The notes under the pieces are model-generated. The model did not search any database and was not told the origin of the DNA. It saw only the letters and a list, made by a program, of their open reading frames with translations. A program made the position numbers and the translations under genes. DNA of 64,000 bases from Piromyces finnis finn (lineage: Eukaryota > Fungi > Neocallimastigomycota): NCBI GenBank assembly GCA_002104945.1, contig MCFH01000036.1, positions 1-64,000 on the forward strand, written 5' to 3'. This document shows, piece by piece, positions 44,871 to 64,000 of this stretch; position 1 is the first letter of the stretch, and the number at the start of each line of letters is the position of its first letter.

Positions 44871-47800
44871 TTATTTATCATCTATTATTGTTAAAGGACT
44901 TTTTTTAGGTTCATCTGTTCCTGAATTTCTATTACTTTTGTTTTGTGATTTTGATCCTTTAGATATTGAAAAATGACTCTTTGATCTACCGGATCCTCCC
45001 TTACCAAGAGTATTTTCCTCTTCATCATAATACTCTTTAATCATTGTTTCAATAGTCATAATTAGTTCAGAACCTGACTATAAAATTTTAATATGAAAAA
45101 AAAATTTAATTTTAATAAATATTTCTAATATTTCTTTTGTATTTTATATAAAAGAAAAAAGATTTTTATATATATATTTTTTTTCATATAAATTATTTCA
45201 CCTTAAATATTTCTTCGTAGTTATCAATTAAAAATTCAACTACATTATTAGCCTTTTCATGAAGTTCAACTGATGATTTATTATCCTTTTTCTTTTCTTC
45301 ATATATAAGTATACTAGGTCCAAATACTTTAGCTAAATTTGATGAAGTCATATCATTGAAATTTGAATAACTTGCTACAATAGATAAAAAGTGTAATAAA
45401 TAATGTAACATTAATCTATGGGTAAATGGAAGTAGTAAAACTAGATGAGAGGCCAATTTTATTTTAAGTACATTGTCGTGAATATCTATTATAGTTCATT
45501 TGAATAATAAAAATTTAAAAAAGTTTTTAATAAATTAAAAATAAAATAAAAAGTATTATTCATATAATATTTTTTTTATTTTCTTATTTTTTTATCATTT
45601 AAAAATATTATTATATATAAATATAAATATTTACCATCAAGTACTATCCATAATTTATACATTCTTAATGTAAATAATGGTTCTATTAATTCTCTAAAGA
45701 ATAATTTAAATACACTAGCAACTGATGATTCACTTGGATTTAATTCAAATAAACTAACAAGCATTTTTGGATTTTCTTTTTGTAATCTCCTTTTTTCATC
45801 CTTAATAAAGTTTATTCTTTCTTGTCTTTGTTTTTCATCTTTAATTTTACTTGCTATATCAACTTGTCTTCCAATGTCTACAAAATCGGATTCAACTTGA
45901 AATTTATGTTTTAATTCTTTAATATCACCACTTCTACCACTAATTCTGAAAATACCTTGTTTCTTTAAACCTCTTTCCAAAATATATTTTTCACATTGTT
46001 TCAAGAACGGTGGAATATCTTTGTATCTATCGTATATTATATCGAGATGTGATCCAAATAAATTAATTGTTTGATATTCCAAATCATTTTCTATTTATTA
46101 TGATTTTACAAAGGGAAAAAAATGATGAAATATTTAATATATATATTAAACAAAATAAAAGAAAATTTAATATTATATAAATATTTTTTTTTATTAATTA
46201 CTAAATAAATACAAAAATATATTTTTTAAAAATATAATATATTTAATATGAAACTTACCAAATTTATTATCACTTGGTTTATTTTTCTTTAATTTTTTCA
46301 TAATTCTTTTTAATATTGATACACCTGATTCTGCAACAAGAGGTGTTGACTCTGAAGCTCTCATTAATTTTGGAGTTGCATCATCAAGCATTTGAACAAC
46401 TTCGCTGGCAACTTGTGAACGACATTCACTAGATAATCTTGGTTTACATTTTATATAATCATATGTTAATGATTTCATATCTTGATGTTTCACAATATAT
46501 GGAATATTTTCCATTTGTATTTTTTGTGGATGCTATTATATATAAATTTTTATATATATAATAAAATAGTATTTATATAATATTTTTTATTTTATAATAT
46601 AATAGATTAATTAGAATAAATAAATAAATAAATAATTTTTTTTCATAATACATACGAAGGATGGATTAATAGATTTAATGTTTTCTGCTGTTTGTGGTGA
46701 TATAAGTTTTTCTTTATTATCATCTTCAAGTATTGGTGGTGCACTATTTATTTTATCCTCCATATTTTCAGTTATAGTAATTTTAGTTCTTATACCTCCA
46801 TTTTCATTAATATTCTCTATAAATTGTTTTGCTTCACTATTTTCTATACTACTATAACATCCTTGTTGAGTGGATGTAACAATGGATGTATTAATTTGAG
46901 TAAGACTTCCCTTACTATTATATTGTTCTTTAATAATATCATATTTTTCCTCTTTATTTCCTATTGGAGTTTCCACCAACTTTGATTCATCTAAAATATT
47001 TTCTGAAGATTCTGAATCTTTATTCGTTGAAACATCAATTACTAAAATATTTTCTTCTTTGCTTATTTTTTCTTCATCTTGTTCATTTAATTCTTTATTT
47101 TTATTCGTATCATTTAATTCCAATTTAATGTCTTGATCATATACTTTTTGTATATAATTCTCTACATCATTAATTTTTTTATTAATTTCTTCATCCTTCG
47201 AATTATCATCCTTTTCTTGTTCTCTTAAATTTTTATTTTCCTGATTTTCATTTGTTACAAGGCTATTTAATGATTCACATTTACTTTGAATATTAGAATC
47301 TTCCCCAATATCTGGCTTCAAACTTTGTAATGATTTTTTTAACTTCTTTTCTATTTTTAATTCTCCTCTTACACTTTCCTCTTTGTTCTCAACTACATTT
47401 ATTATTTCTATTGAGCTAGTTTGAGGAGTTTGATTAATACCAGTCTTTTTTTGGATCTCATTCTCTTCTCTTTCAGAAGTTCTTTCTTCCTTATCACCAA
47501 TATCTAATCCACTTAATTTACTTGATATTTCTTCTACATCATCATCAATTTCTTTTTCTTTTTCATTATCTTCTTTTTCAAATTCAATATCAGATTCACT
47601 TTCTTTTTAATATAATATTAATTTTTTTAAAAAAAGGGATATATACGCATTATTTAAATTAATTAAATATAAATATTATATTTTAACTTTGTTTCTTAAT
47701 CTCTCTATAAAATGAATATTACAAAATAGAATATTTCAATACCTTCATTAATAGATGATTCTTCATTACTTTCATCATCATCATCTTCTTCTTCCTCTTC

Positions 47801-49506
47801 ACTTTCATCTTCACCTTTAGGACCCTAATTATTTAAATGATGCATTTTTTAAAGATTTTAATTTTAATAAATTAACATATAAAAATTCATAAAGTATAGT
47901 TTTTTTTAAAAAAAAATATTAAAGACTTTTTCTTTTCTTTTTCTTAAATTGTATATAAAATGAAATAAAAAAATTACTTTCTCTAGGAAATCCATCAATT
48001 CACCCCATAGTTTTCCTTTCCAATGATTTATTAAACCTTCCATATTTTCTTTAACTTCATTTTCGAAATTTATTTTATTTTCAAAATTTTTATTAACACC
48101 ACTTGTTACTTCTGCCTCACGATTTTTTGATAATTCATCAATCTTTTCACGATCCTTTCTTTGTAATTCTAATTCAGTAGGTGATGGACCTTTTCCCTCT
48201 TTAATTAATGATTCCCATCTTTCATCTTGATTTTTTCGTCTTCGTTGTTCAAATTTTCTTTCCATATTTATAGTTCTTAAAGCATCTTTCTATATAATTA
48301 TATTAATACATTCATTGATATATATTAATTTTTAATATTTATTAATTTTTTTTATTTTTATAAGTACAGTGTATTTTTTTTATTTTAATTCTCTTCTATG
48401 AATTAGTTTAATAATTAAAATCAATTAAATAATATTGTACCAATGCATCATTATATTCTATTTTGAAATACTCAGATAAATGTATCATCTTTGATCGGTC
48501 AGCTTCACTTTCGGTAATTGGTTCATTTAATGGAATCAAAAGTTCATTTGAGTCACATAAATTAATTCTCGAACTGATATCACGACTATTTAAAATTAAA
48601 ATATTTGGATTTGTATTATTATTCCCACTTATATTATCACTAGATAAGCTATATAAACTACTGTGTTTTTTAACTTTATTATTAATAAAAAATATTTTTT
48701 TGTTTATAATATTAAAATAAATATTATATTATTAAAAAATAAATAATATATAATATAATATAACAAATATTCAATATTCCTATTTAATTAACATTATAAA
48801 AATATATAAATATATACCATTAAATCCTTGTAAATAATGAGATCCATCCTCCTATTTAATATATATATAATAAATTTTTAGTATAGTCATGTTTTTATTC
48901 CAAAATTAAAAAAAAAAAAACATTTATATTTATATTTAATTAATAGAAAAAAAAGTTTTATTTTTCTTTTTTTTTTTTTTTTTTTTCAATAATAATATAT
49001 TTAATAAATATTAATAAATATATATTTATTATTATTACAAAAAACCATTTTTCGTTTTCTCAAATATATTAAAAAGATACATTTATAAGTTATAATATTT
49101 TTTTTAAATAATAATTAAAGGTTTTCCATAATGTATTACCTTTTTGGTTTTTAGTGATGAATAATGACCACCGATTGAATAATTACTATTCAGAGTACTA
49201 TATAAATTTGATAAAGATGTACCACTATTTTCATTTTTTTGTATAGTTTTTGCAACTAATCTAAATTGAGCTTCTTCTTTTCTTTTTACTTCTTCATTTC
49301 TAAGTCGAATTTGTTCTTTAACGTTTATAGATGATGATGAACGTTCATTGACCGACTATTTTTTTTTTTTTTAGTTTTTATATTAATTTTAAGACATTAA
49401 TGAAACGATATATTATAATATGGAAATTATATATATATATATATAATATATATATAAATAATAATTTTTTCTGTTTATTTGTTTTTTTTTTTTTTTTTAT
49501 TACCAT
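44871..49506 (-). CDS. Multi-exon RhoGAP-domain protein with a long acidic N-terminal region
   Basis: FGSHL..IPPFLKQC..GIFRISG (arginine finger), VASVFKLFFREL and MTSSNLAKVFGPSIL. Upstream acidic exons and a final exon ending at 44871 join in frame at the junctions I checked. Probable start ATG|gt at 49506-49504. Confidence 0.85.
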
Positions 49507-52500
49507 TTTTATATCTTTTTTTTTTTTAATATTATAAATGTATTTTCATAAGAGACTTATTTTTATGTAAAATAATGATAAATATAGTGATAATATTTAA
49601 TAGTTATATCTTCAAAGTATATAATCAATATTCATATTGATATTAAATAAAAAAAATTTTTTTTTTATTTTTATATACTCTCTATATTCCACTTTTATCT
49701 ACTATTCAACCACTTTATTACAGATCTTCGTATTAATTATTTATTATCTAAATGTTATGAATGTAAAAATTAGATATAATTTTTATTATAAAATATTGTT
49801 TTATATTGTTATTATTGAATTGAAATAATATCTATTAATAAAAAAAAGGTGTATTAATATAATATAATAGTACTCTACTTTTTTTTTATTATTATTTAAA
49901 GAAATATAGTTATTTTTTTTTAAATTTTTTGAAAAATAATTAAAAAAAATATAACTAGTTGTTTCGTTAATAAGTAACACTATTAGATATTAAATTTACA
50001 AATAATATTTATTAATGATATTAATGATTATTTACACTTAATATTAACTATATTTCATATTACATTTAAAGGATTATTTATCTATAATTTATAAAACAAA
50101 ATTAAAGCTTATAAAATAATAATTATAATCTCAAATTTCTATTGCCAAAAATTATATATATAATAAAAATAATATAATACAAATTATTAATAATAATTAA
50201 CGAAAGTTTATTTCTAATACTTTTTATTATTATTACAATAGAGTATACCCAAATACTAAATATAATTTATTAATATTTAATTCACTACTAAAAGTAGAAT
50301 AAAATAATAAAAAAAAAGTTAATTCAATAGGATTTTTGATTTGAAATAAAGATTAATATTTTGATTTTGATTCTATAAATATAATTCAAATAAAATGAAT
50401 GAAAAACTTTGTTTATAAACATTTTATTTTTCAGTAGTATAATATTATTTCCACCTCTTTTTTTTTTTTTTAAATGATTAATCCTCATTAATTTAAATAA
50501 AAAAGTTTTTAGTTTTTTTTTTCTTTACATTTGTATAAAATTAAAAAAAAATAATTGAAAAAAAAAAAAAAAAAGATCCTAATAATCTAAGAGCAACTAT
50601 TGAATATTAAGCTTAATCCAAAATTATTTCAATGTTTATAAGGACCATCAATATTTTATTTTTTTTTAAATGTAAATCAGTACGTACAATAAACGTAATT
50701 TATACTTTAATTATCACTCAAATTATTATTTTTCAAAATCAACTATTAGTAGTGATATCTAATAAAATTTCATGAATCAATGGTATTAAGTTTTTAAAGT
50801 TATAATTATAGATATATGTTTTTTAAATTTTTTTTTCTTAATCAAAATATATAATTATATATATGGTATTGAAAGAAAGAATGAATAGTATAAATAATTA
50901 TTTTTTAATTTTTTTTTATATATTCAAAATTTCTCTTAGTTGTTATTAATCTCTTTGATTTGATAAATATATTTCTTTTTTTTTTTTTTTTTTTTTTTTT
51001 TTTGATAATAAAGTTTTATATAAATATAAATATTATTTAATATTAATATATATTTCCCCATTTATTACTTTGAGGGTATCCATAATTTATATTTGTTGTA
51101 ATAATGTATTTAAATAAACAGCAGTTCATTACCTTTTCTACTATATATTCATTATTATAACCTTTAGAGTGTAAAATATAATATTTATTAAGTATTTCTT
51201 TTCAAGATTAATTATAATTTTATTTAAAAATTTAGAATTAATCTAGTTATTATTTGTAGAATAACTTTTCTCTTTAGCATAGAAATATGCCAATAATATT
51301 TATTAAATTCTTTTTTTTTTTAATTTCATTATAAAATGTGTAGAATATATAATATACTATATATACATATATATTTTTTAAAAAATAACTTTTATAAAAA
51401 TCATTTAAAACTAATAGTATTTATTAGTTTATAATAAAAATATATAAAGATATTGAAATATAAAACCACCTTTTTATTAATATAAAGTATAATAAAAAGT
51501 AAAAATAAAAAGATAGTACAAATTAACTTTTTTTTTTAAACTCTAATCTTTTATAAATTGGTTTTAATATGATATTTTCTTTCGTTCAAATAATAAAGAA
51601 AGTTTTTTTTAATTGTTTTTTTTTTTTTTTTTTTAAAAAAAATAGAGTTTTATCAACAATTTTCGATATGTCTACACTACTGAATATTTTTTGAAAATAT
51701 ATTAAAACAAAAGGTTGTATTTTAACAATATTAAAATACTATTGTATTATTATGTTAATATAACATAATAACACAACAGTACCATATCCATTTTCTCATA
51801 TCTAAATCAAACGTGTCGCTTTATTTATAAAAAAACATAACACTTAATTTTAACAGAATTTTTCTTAATCTTATATAACAAATTTAAATATTTAATGCTA
51901 TTAAATACAATGGTGTATACTTTAAAAAATATTTTCCCAAAAAATTCAAATGTATATAACTCAGATAATTAAATAAATACCAACATTGTAAAGTTGTTTT
52001 TTTTTTTTTTCTAATAATATTATATAAAAATGTATTATTCACATTTCTTAAAAACTGCATTATCATTATTTTTAATATTAATAATAATACAGTAGCAATT
52101 AACACTATAAATAGAGTAACAGTGATATTAATACTATCAATAATAAAATAAAATCACCTTTTTTAATAAATAATTAATTAAAATAAATGAATGAAAAAAT
52201 AATAAAATAAATAAATTTTATAGAAGTGGTAAGAATAATAAAAATTAAATTTTTATATATATTTATTAATAATAATAATAATATACTTAATTTTAATTAA
52301 ATGTATATGGACGCTTTATATCTCTAATAAATTATTAATATATTTACCCAATCTTTATTTAAAAATCTAAATTAAAAAAAAAAAAAAAAGGTTTAAAAGG
52401 AAAACTTTTTTTTTTTCATTATTATTATTATAATTTATTAAAAGGTAATTTACTTTTTATTTAGTTTTAAAAAAGGTTAGTCTTGACAGTTTTGAAAAGA

Positions 52501-53258
52501 AAAGAAAAAAAAAAAAAAAAAAAAGAGAGAGAGAGAGAATAATAATGTTATTTATAAAAAGGAAATAAATATGCCTATTTAAAAAAAACTATAGATTTCA
52601 ATTTTCAGTAAATTTAAATTTTTAAATGTAACAAAACAATGACAATAATTGTAAACTAAATAAACATATTTTTTCAATATAAAAATACTTTCTCTTCAAA
52701 CATATATAAATATATTTACATAAAATATATCAAAAAAAAGAAAATACTATTAATCGTTACTATTCCCAAAAACCTGATAGTAATAACATAATAATAATAA
52801 AAATAAACAATCAATCTAATAATAATATTTTTTAATGTTTTTTTCTATAATTCAAATTTTATTTATTCAATGTTATTTTAAATGAATAATAATGATAAAA
52901 GTAAAAATATATGTTCCTTGTATAAATATAAATAAAAAATAATAGATGAAATATACATCTGTTATTAATTTCATAGAAAATTTACTTCAACGAATTTATT
53001 GTTTGCCAAATAAAAGATGTGATTAATAATTTAATAAATGGAAATGAATTAAAAATGAAATAATATAAATTCAAATTTTATATATTTAACTATATTTATT
53101 ATTTTTTTTTAAAGATTGTAATACATTCAATAAATATCCAAAGTCTTTAATTTATTTAATAAATTTAAAAATTATTTTTTATATTTATTATTATAATTAA
53201 TATTATTTCATTTATTTTGGTATTTACATTTATTTTTAAATAGAAACCTAATATCAAT

Positions 53259-54931
53259 ATGTCAGTATCAGATTATTCCGACGAAGAATATGAACCTTTG
53301 GAACCATCTCTTCAAAACATTTTAGATCAAGATTCCTTAAAATGGATTTTTGTTGGTGGTAAGGGTGGTGTCGGTAAAACCACTAACAGTTGTAGTTTAG
53401 CTATTCAATTAGCTAAGGTTAGAAAGAGTGTTTTATTAATTTCCACTGATCCAGCACACAATCTCTCTGATGCTTTTAACCAAAAATTTACTAAATCACC
53501 ATTATTAGTTAACGGCTTTGAAAATCTTTATGCTATGGTATAATTTCAAATAAAAAACATGATAATATATAAAATTATGTTATTTTTGTAAATGAATTGT
53601 AAAAATTTAATATGTATATATAAAATTTTAAAAGGAAATTGATCCAACTTCCAGTATTCAAGATATGATTACTAATGGTAATATTTCAATTCATAAGATA
53701 TTTATTATATAAACAGAACGATATATACCAAAAAAAATACCACCATATATACCCAAAAAAAAAAACCTTTTTAAAGTATGAAATTAACATTTAATATTAT
53801 AAAAATATATAGATAGTGAAAATAATATTACCAATATGATGCAAGATCTCGCTTTCGCTATTCCAGGTATTGATGAAGCTATTAGTTTTGCCGAAGTTAT
53901 GAAGTAATTAGACATTAATAATAATAATAAAAATAATAAAAATAATGAATATTCAAAGTATATTATTTGCAACAAAGTAAAATAACCAACAGTAATTATT
54001 ATATATTAAAATATTATTTATGCTAAAATTTATGTCAAAATTTTCTATCATTCCTAACTAAATAGATTAGCTAAATCTATGGAATATGAAACCGTTGTTT
54101 TCGATACTGCTCCAACTGGTCACACTTTACGTTTCCTTTCATTCCCAGAAATTTTAAACAAGACTTTATCTAAGTTTTCTCAATTAAAGGGTCGTTTTGG
54201 TCCAATGTTCAGTCAAGTAAGTAATTAGGAAATTAAAAAACTATATTTATAAATAAATATATGTTTAAAAATATTAATAATTTTTGTATTAAATTTCCCC
54301 CTTTGTATATTGAATCTCAATAATAAAAAAAAAGGTTTCTGGTATGATGGGTATTGAAGCTAACCAAGATGCAATGTTCTCAAAATTAGAAAGCATGAGA
54401 GAAGAAATTGAAGAAATTAACAAGCAATTCCAAGATCCAGATAAGACCACTTTTGTTTGTGTCTGTATTTCTGAATTCCTTTCATTATATGAAACCGAAA
54501 GAATGATTCAAGAATTAACTAGTTTCAACATTGATACTCATAATGTAATTAACAATATTTAAATATAAATACCTAAACTAGTTTTTATTTAATGATTTAA
54601 AAAAGTTAAAGTTCATAACTAACATAACCATCACCTTTTCTAAAATTCATATTTTAAATAATTTTATCTGAATATACATTTATTTTATTTAATAATATTA
54701 ATTTTGAAATAGATTATTGTTAACCAATTATTATTCCCAGCAAAGGATTCTACTTGTAAATTCTGTGATGTTCGTCACAAAATGCAACAAAAATACCTTG
54801 ATCAAATTAACGATTTATATGAAGATTTCCATATTACCAAGTTACCATTATTAACTAATGAAATTCGTGGTGTTGATGAATTAAAGAAATTCTCTGAAAA
54901 CCTTACTCATCCATACATTCCATCTAACTAA
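53259..54931 (+). CDS. GET3: ArsA/GET3 (ASNA1) ATPase, 6 exons
   Basis: [10 protein letters not shown]-loop, [39 protein letters not shown] and the CxxC motif CKFC. Confidence 0.97.
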
Positions 54932-55529
54932 ATGTAGATCAAAATCGAAATCAAATTATACAATTATAAAAAAAAAAAAAGATTATAAATCTTTATAATT
55001 TTATATAAAGCAATAATTTAATGAATCATTAATGTCACAATATTATTTAATTTTTTTTTATAAAAAATAAACAACCACTACCACAACACATAATACATAA
55101 ATCAAATTAAAAAAAAAAAAATTATAAAAATGGTATATCCTTTTAATAATAAGTGAAAGTTATATAACATTTTTTGAATGCAAATAATAAAAACAAAATA
55201 AAATAAATAAAATATAAAATATAAAAAAAAAAGTTTTTTTTTTTTTTTTAAAAATATATATTTTTATTTCATGTGTAAAAATCTTTATTATATAAATTAA
55301 TGACATTATTAAAAAAATATATATATATATATTATAATTTATTATTTTTTTTGCTCCAGTGACTGCTAAATTTAGGATAAAAGCTATTATAAAATAGAAA
55401 GTTTAAAAAAAAAATTATATAAAATATAATATATAAAATATATATATATATATTTTAAAAATAAAATGGGTATATAAAATTAAACTAATAATAGCAAATA
55501 GTAATACTATATATATATAGAATATATAT

Positions 55530-60645
<5,116 letters not shown>

Positions 60646-60699
60646 TAACTTAGTATATATTATTGGAATTCTTTGTAGTAAAAAATTTTAATTTTATTC

Positions 60700-60733
<34 letters not shown>

Positions 60734-61800
60734 AATAATTATTTACATAAAATATTGAAATTTCAAGATTTTAGTACAATTAAACTTTATAAAAAAATTT
60801 GTCATTAAAAATTATATTTATTATTTTAAAATATAAGATATATTTATTATTGTTGATATTAATAGTAGCATCAGTAATAGAATAGTAGCACTAATAGTAG
60901 TATTTTTATTTGCATTATTGTATATTTATTTAAAAATATATAAATTCATACATGCCTTTACAATTAAAATTTATTATAATTATTTTTGAATATTTCTTTT
61001 CATTTATAGATATAAAAAGAATGACAATAAAATATATAGATTTTAAATGCTTTTTTTCTCTTTTTCTTTCTTCCCTTTTATTTATTTTAGAATATTTTTA
61101 CTTTATTTATCATTTGTAAATTTTAATAATTTTTAACATAAATTAAAACAAAAAGAAAAAGAAGAAAAAAAAAAAAAAATTAATATCTTCTTGATATTAA
61201 TGGTAGAAATGTTAATTAAAAATTTTTTTTCAAATTTGTAGAAAATAAAGAAAATAACAGCTTTAATGATAAGAAACATTAATATAAAAAAAAAGAGTGT
61301 AATAAAAAAAAAGATAAAATACAATAGAAACAATGAAAAAAAAACAATAAAATATATATACATATGTATATAAAACCTTTTTTTTTTTAAAAGAAAAATA
61401 ACAATTTATTTATTTCAAAAAATAAAAAGATATTAAAAAGCAAATTTTGTTGTGTAACAAAATAGAATTTAAAAAAAAAAAATATTTAAAATAAAGAAAA
61501 AAAAAAAAAATAAATATTTTTTATTATATGTTATCTTTAATAAGCATTTTTCAGTAATGTATAATAGTAGAAAAGAACATTATACTAGATAAATAAATGG
61601 AAATGAAATTGGATTCTTTTATTTAATAATACTGTTATTTCTTGTAACTGTGATTTTTTATAAAGATTAAAATAAACTTTATAAAATGGTCAAATGTTTC
61701 TTTAATACCATTAATTTATTGATTCCTCTAAGTATATGTTTCTTTATTTTATTATATAGGCATTACTTATTTTTGTTCAATAATAATACATGCTGTTTTT

Positions 61801-61804
<4 letters not shown>

Positions 61805-61845
<41 letters not shown>

Positions 61846-61880
61846 GTTTATTATTATTATTATTATTATGTTTATTATTA
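61805..61880. repeat. (TTA)n microsatellite
   Basis: Read directly. Confidence 0.85.
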
Positions 61881-62538
61881 AAATATCATTTATTACTTTA
61901 TCACAATACTTTATTAGAATGGGAAATGAAATTTTTTATTTCTAGTAATTATTGAATGTTCTAATTAAAAGTAATGAAACCTTTTTTTTTAAAAAAAAAA
62001 AAAAAAAAAAAAGTAAAAAATAGAGTTTCTTTATTTTATAAGCATTTCAATTCTTAATAAAAAGAAAAAGAAAAGAAAAATATAACATTAAAAACCAACT
62101 TAATAATGTTACCTTTTAGGTAAAAATTAAAATTCAATCTTTAAAAAAAAATTTTTTTTTTTAATTATAATAATTATTATTATTATTAAATGTTTATTAA
62201 TGATTTAAAAAAAAATGTTTTTTTTTTTATATATATATATAAAATATACCTTTAAAAACAAAAAAAAAAAAATACGCAAAATTCAAAATTATTTAATTTA
62301 TTATTAAAAGCTCTCATCTACTAATCAATTTTATTAAACTTGTATATTTATTGATAATTTGAATATATCTATCTATTTATATATTATAAATAATTAGATA
62401 TATAATATACCAATGCTTTTGAAAAAAAGAAAATAATTATACAATTAAAAAATTTATAAATATTTTTGCATTAATTTCCCTATATATAATAAAACAAATA
62501 ATCATTTATTTTATAATTATCAACTTAACATATTAAAA

Positions 62539-64000
62539 ATGAGTACGAGATCATTAAGAAGTAGAAATAAGAGAAAATCTTCAACTAATGTTAGGTATTC
62601 TGAAATATAATTTTAAATTATTTATGCATATGTAATCATATAGAAAATATTATAGATGTATAATAAACATTTATAAAATTGAATTCCCCAATACAAATTT
62701 CAATTTAAAAAAAAAGAAAAAAAAGAAACCTAAAATCACAGAATATAAAATATAATGATTTTTATAATTACTTTTTAATAATAGTTAAACTCATTTTATA
62801 TAACAAATATTTAAAATAATTTTTCTTCTATTATTTTTATAAATATAATTTTTAATAACTTTTTTTTTTCTTTTTTAATTAATATTAATAATAAAATCTA
62901 TAAATTATTAAGTTCTTCATTATATCTCGGTTATGTTGAAGATGAAGAAACTATAGAATCTATTATGAAAAAATTTGAAGAAATGGAAAAATTAAAAAAA
63001 GAAATTGCTGAACAAAAAGAAAAAGAAAAAAATAGTGAAAATGATAATGGTAATAATGAAAATAATCAAGATACTAATGGAAACGAAGAGTTAACTTTCA
63101 CAGAAGAGCAGTATGAGGAATTATTCAAAAGAACTGCATCTTTTACACCAGAAACATTAGATGCTGATATTGCACACATGGAAGATTGGGAATTTTATGA
63201 CCCAATTGATGAAGACAATGAAGAAAAGTAAAGTTTATTTATTATATAGTTAAATGAAAAATGACTAGTTAATATTATAAAATAATTTGGAATGATTTTG
63301 ATATTGGATATAATAATAATAATAATAATTATAATACTGGATGTTAAATTATTACATAAAAAAATATGATAACAATTCAACAAAATTCATATTCACAATA
63401 CACAATAGTATCATTTATTAATTAATATAATAATGTCGTTCATTGATAATTATCATTAATGAAAATATTTAAACAAAAAATTAATTTATAATTATATTTA
63501 TATTCATTTCTATTTTATTAAATTTCACATACATATTAAAAATTTTATTTCCTTTTTATCTTATAAGTGATTATTGGTTCGTTGATGATGACTTTGCCTG
63601 GGAAGATGATGAACCAGAAATTAAAAGACACAAGAGAGGACCTGGCTCTTACAATTCTTCAAGAGAAAGTATATTAAACAAATATAAAATTATGCAAATT
63701 CAAATGCAAGATAGAAATGGTAATTATGTTACTGTAAAAAGAAGAATAGCGTAAGTATAATTTTTTTTTTAAATTTTAATTAAAATGAAGTAGAAAATAA
63801 TATGTTTTATAAATTTTATAGTTATATATATTGAATTGTGATATTAATATATTCAAAAAATTAAATATTTTATAGGTCTACCGATCCAAGTTTACCAACA
63901 TATATTCGTATTTTACCACTTCCAATTTCTAGATCATGGTCAAAATGTATAAAGCCATTATCCGAAACAAAATATGTCCCAACAGAAGGTTTTAGGTAAC
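62539..64000 (+). CDS. Multi-exon hypothetical protein, truncated by the window end
   Basis: Exons give MSTRSLRSRNKRKSSTNV, SSLYLGYVEDEETIESIMKKFEEMEK..., DYWFVDDDFAWED... and STDPSLPTYIRILPLPISRSWSKCIKPLSETKYVPTEGF, with GT-AG boundaries. Confidence 0.8.

Noticed and set aside
50560-51300. Slightly GC-richer patches suggesting a decayed gene
   Set aside because: No recognisable motif was found in the frames I translated.

Overview
Very AT-rich eukaryotic DNA with short GT-AG introns, long (AAT)n and (ATTAT)n tracts, and intronless ankyrin and Stealth genes. This style suggests an anaerobic gut fungus (Neocallimastigomycota), which is an inference. About 14 genes can be reconstructed by hand: a sugar porter, a bacterial-like helical/HTH protein, a small GPI-type secreted protein, a double-Stealth phosphotransferase, an ankyrin protein, a DUF676-type hydrolase, a low-complexity protein, a CCDC81-like HU protein, an LRR protein, a coiled-coil protein, a RhoGAP, GET3, a Rad53/Chk2-like kinase and a truncated unknown. 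There are also three non-LTR retrotransposon (LINE) relics and some pseudogene fragments. No rRNA, tRNA or CRISPR array was seen. The strongest leads are: (1) a checkpoint kinase with an SQ/TQ cluster and three FHA domains; (2) a spliced gene whose N-terminus looks like a bacterial/phage HTH family and needs a 5-nt microexon; (3) a tandem Stealth protein with a degenerate second active site; (4) two LINEs that each lost the RT catalytic core by internal deletion, one family also keeping an antisense ORF in both copies; (5) several extreme splicing features (5-, 8- and 10-nt microexons, a split start codon). All exon models and translations were done by hand and no database searches were run.
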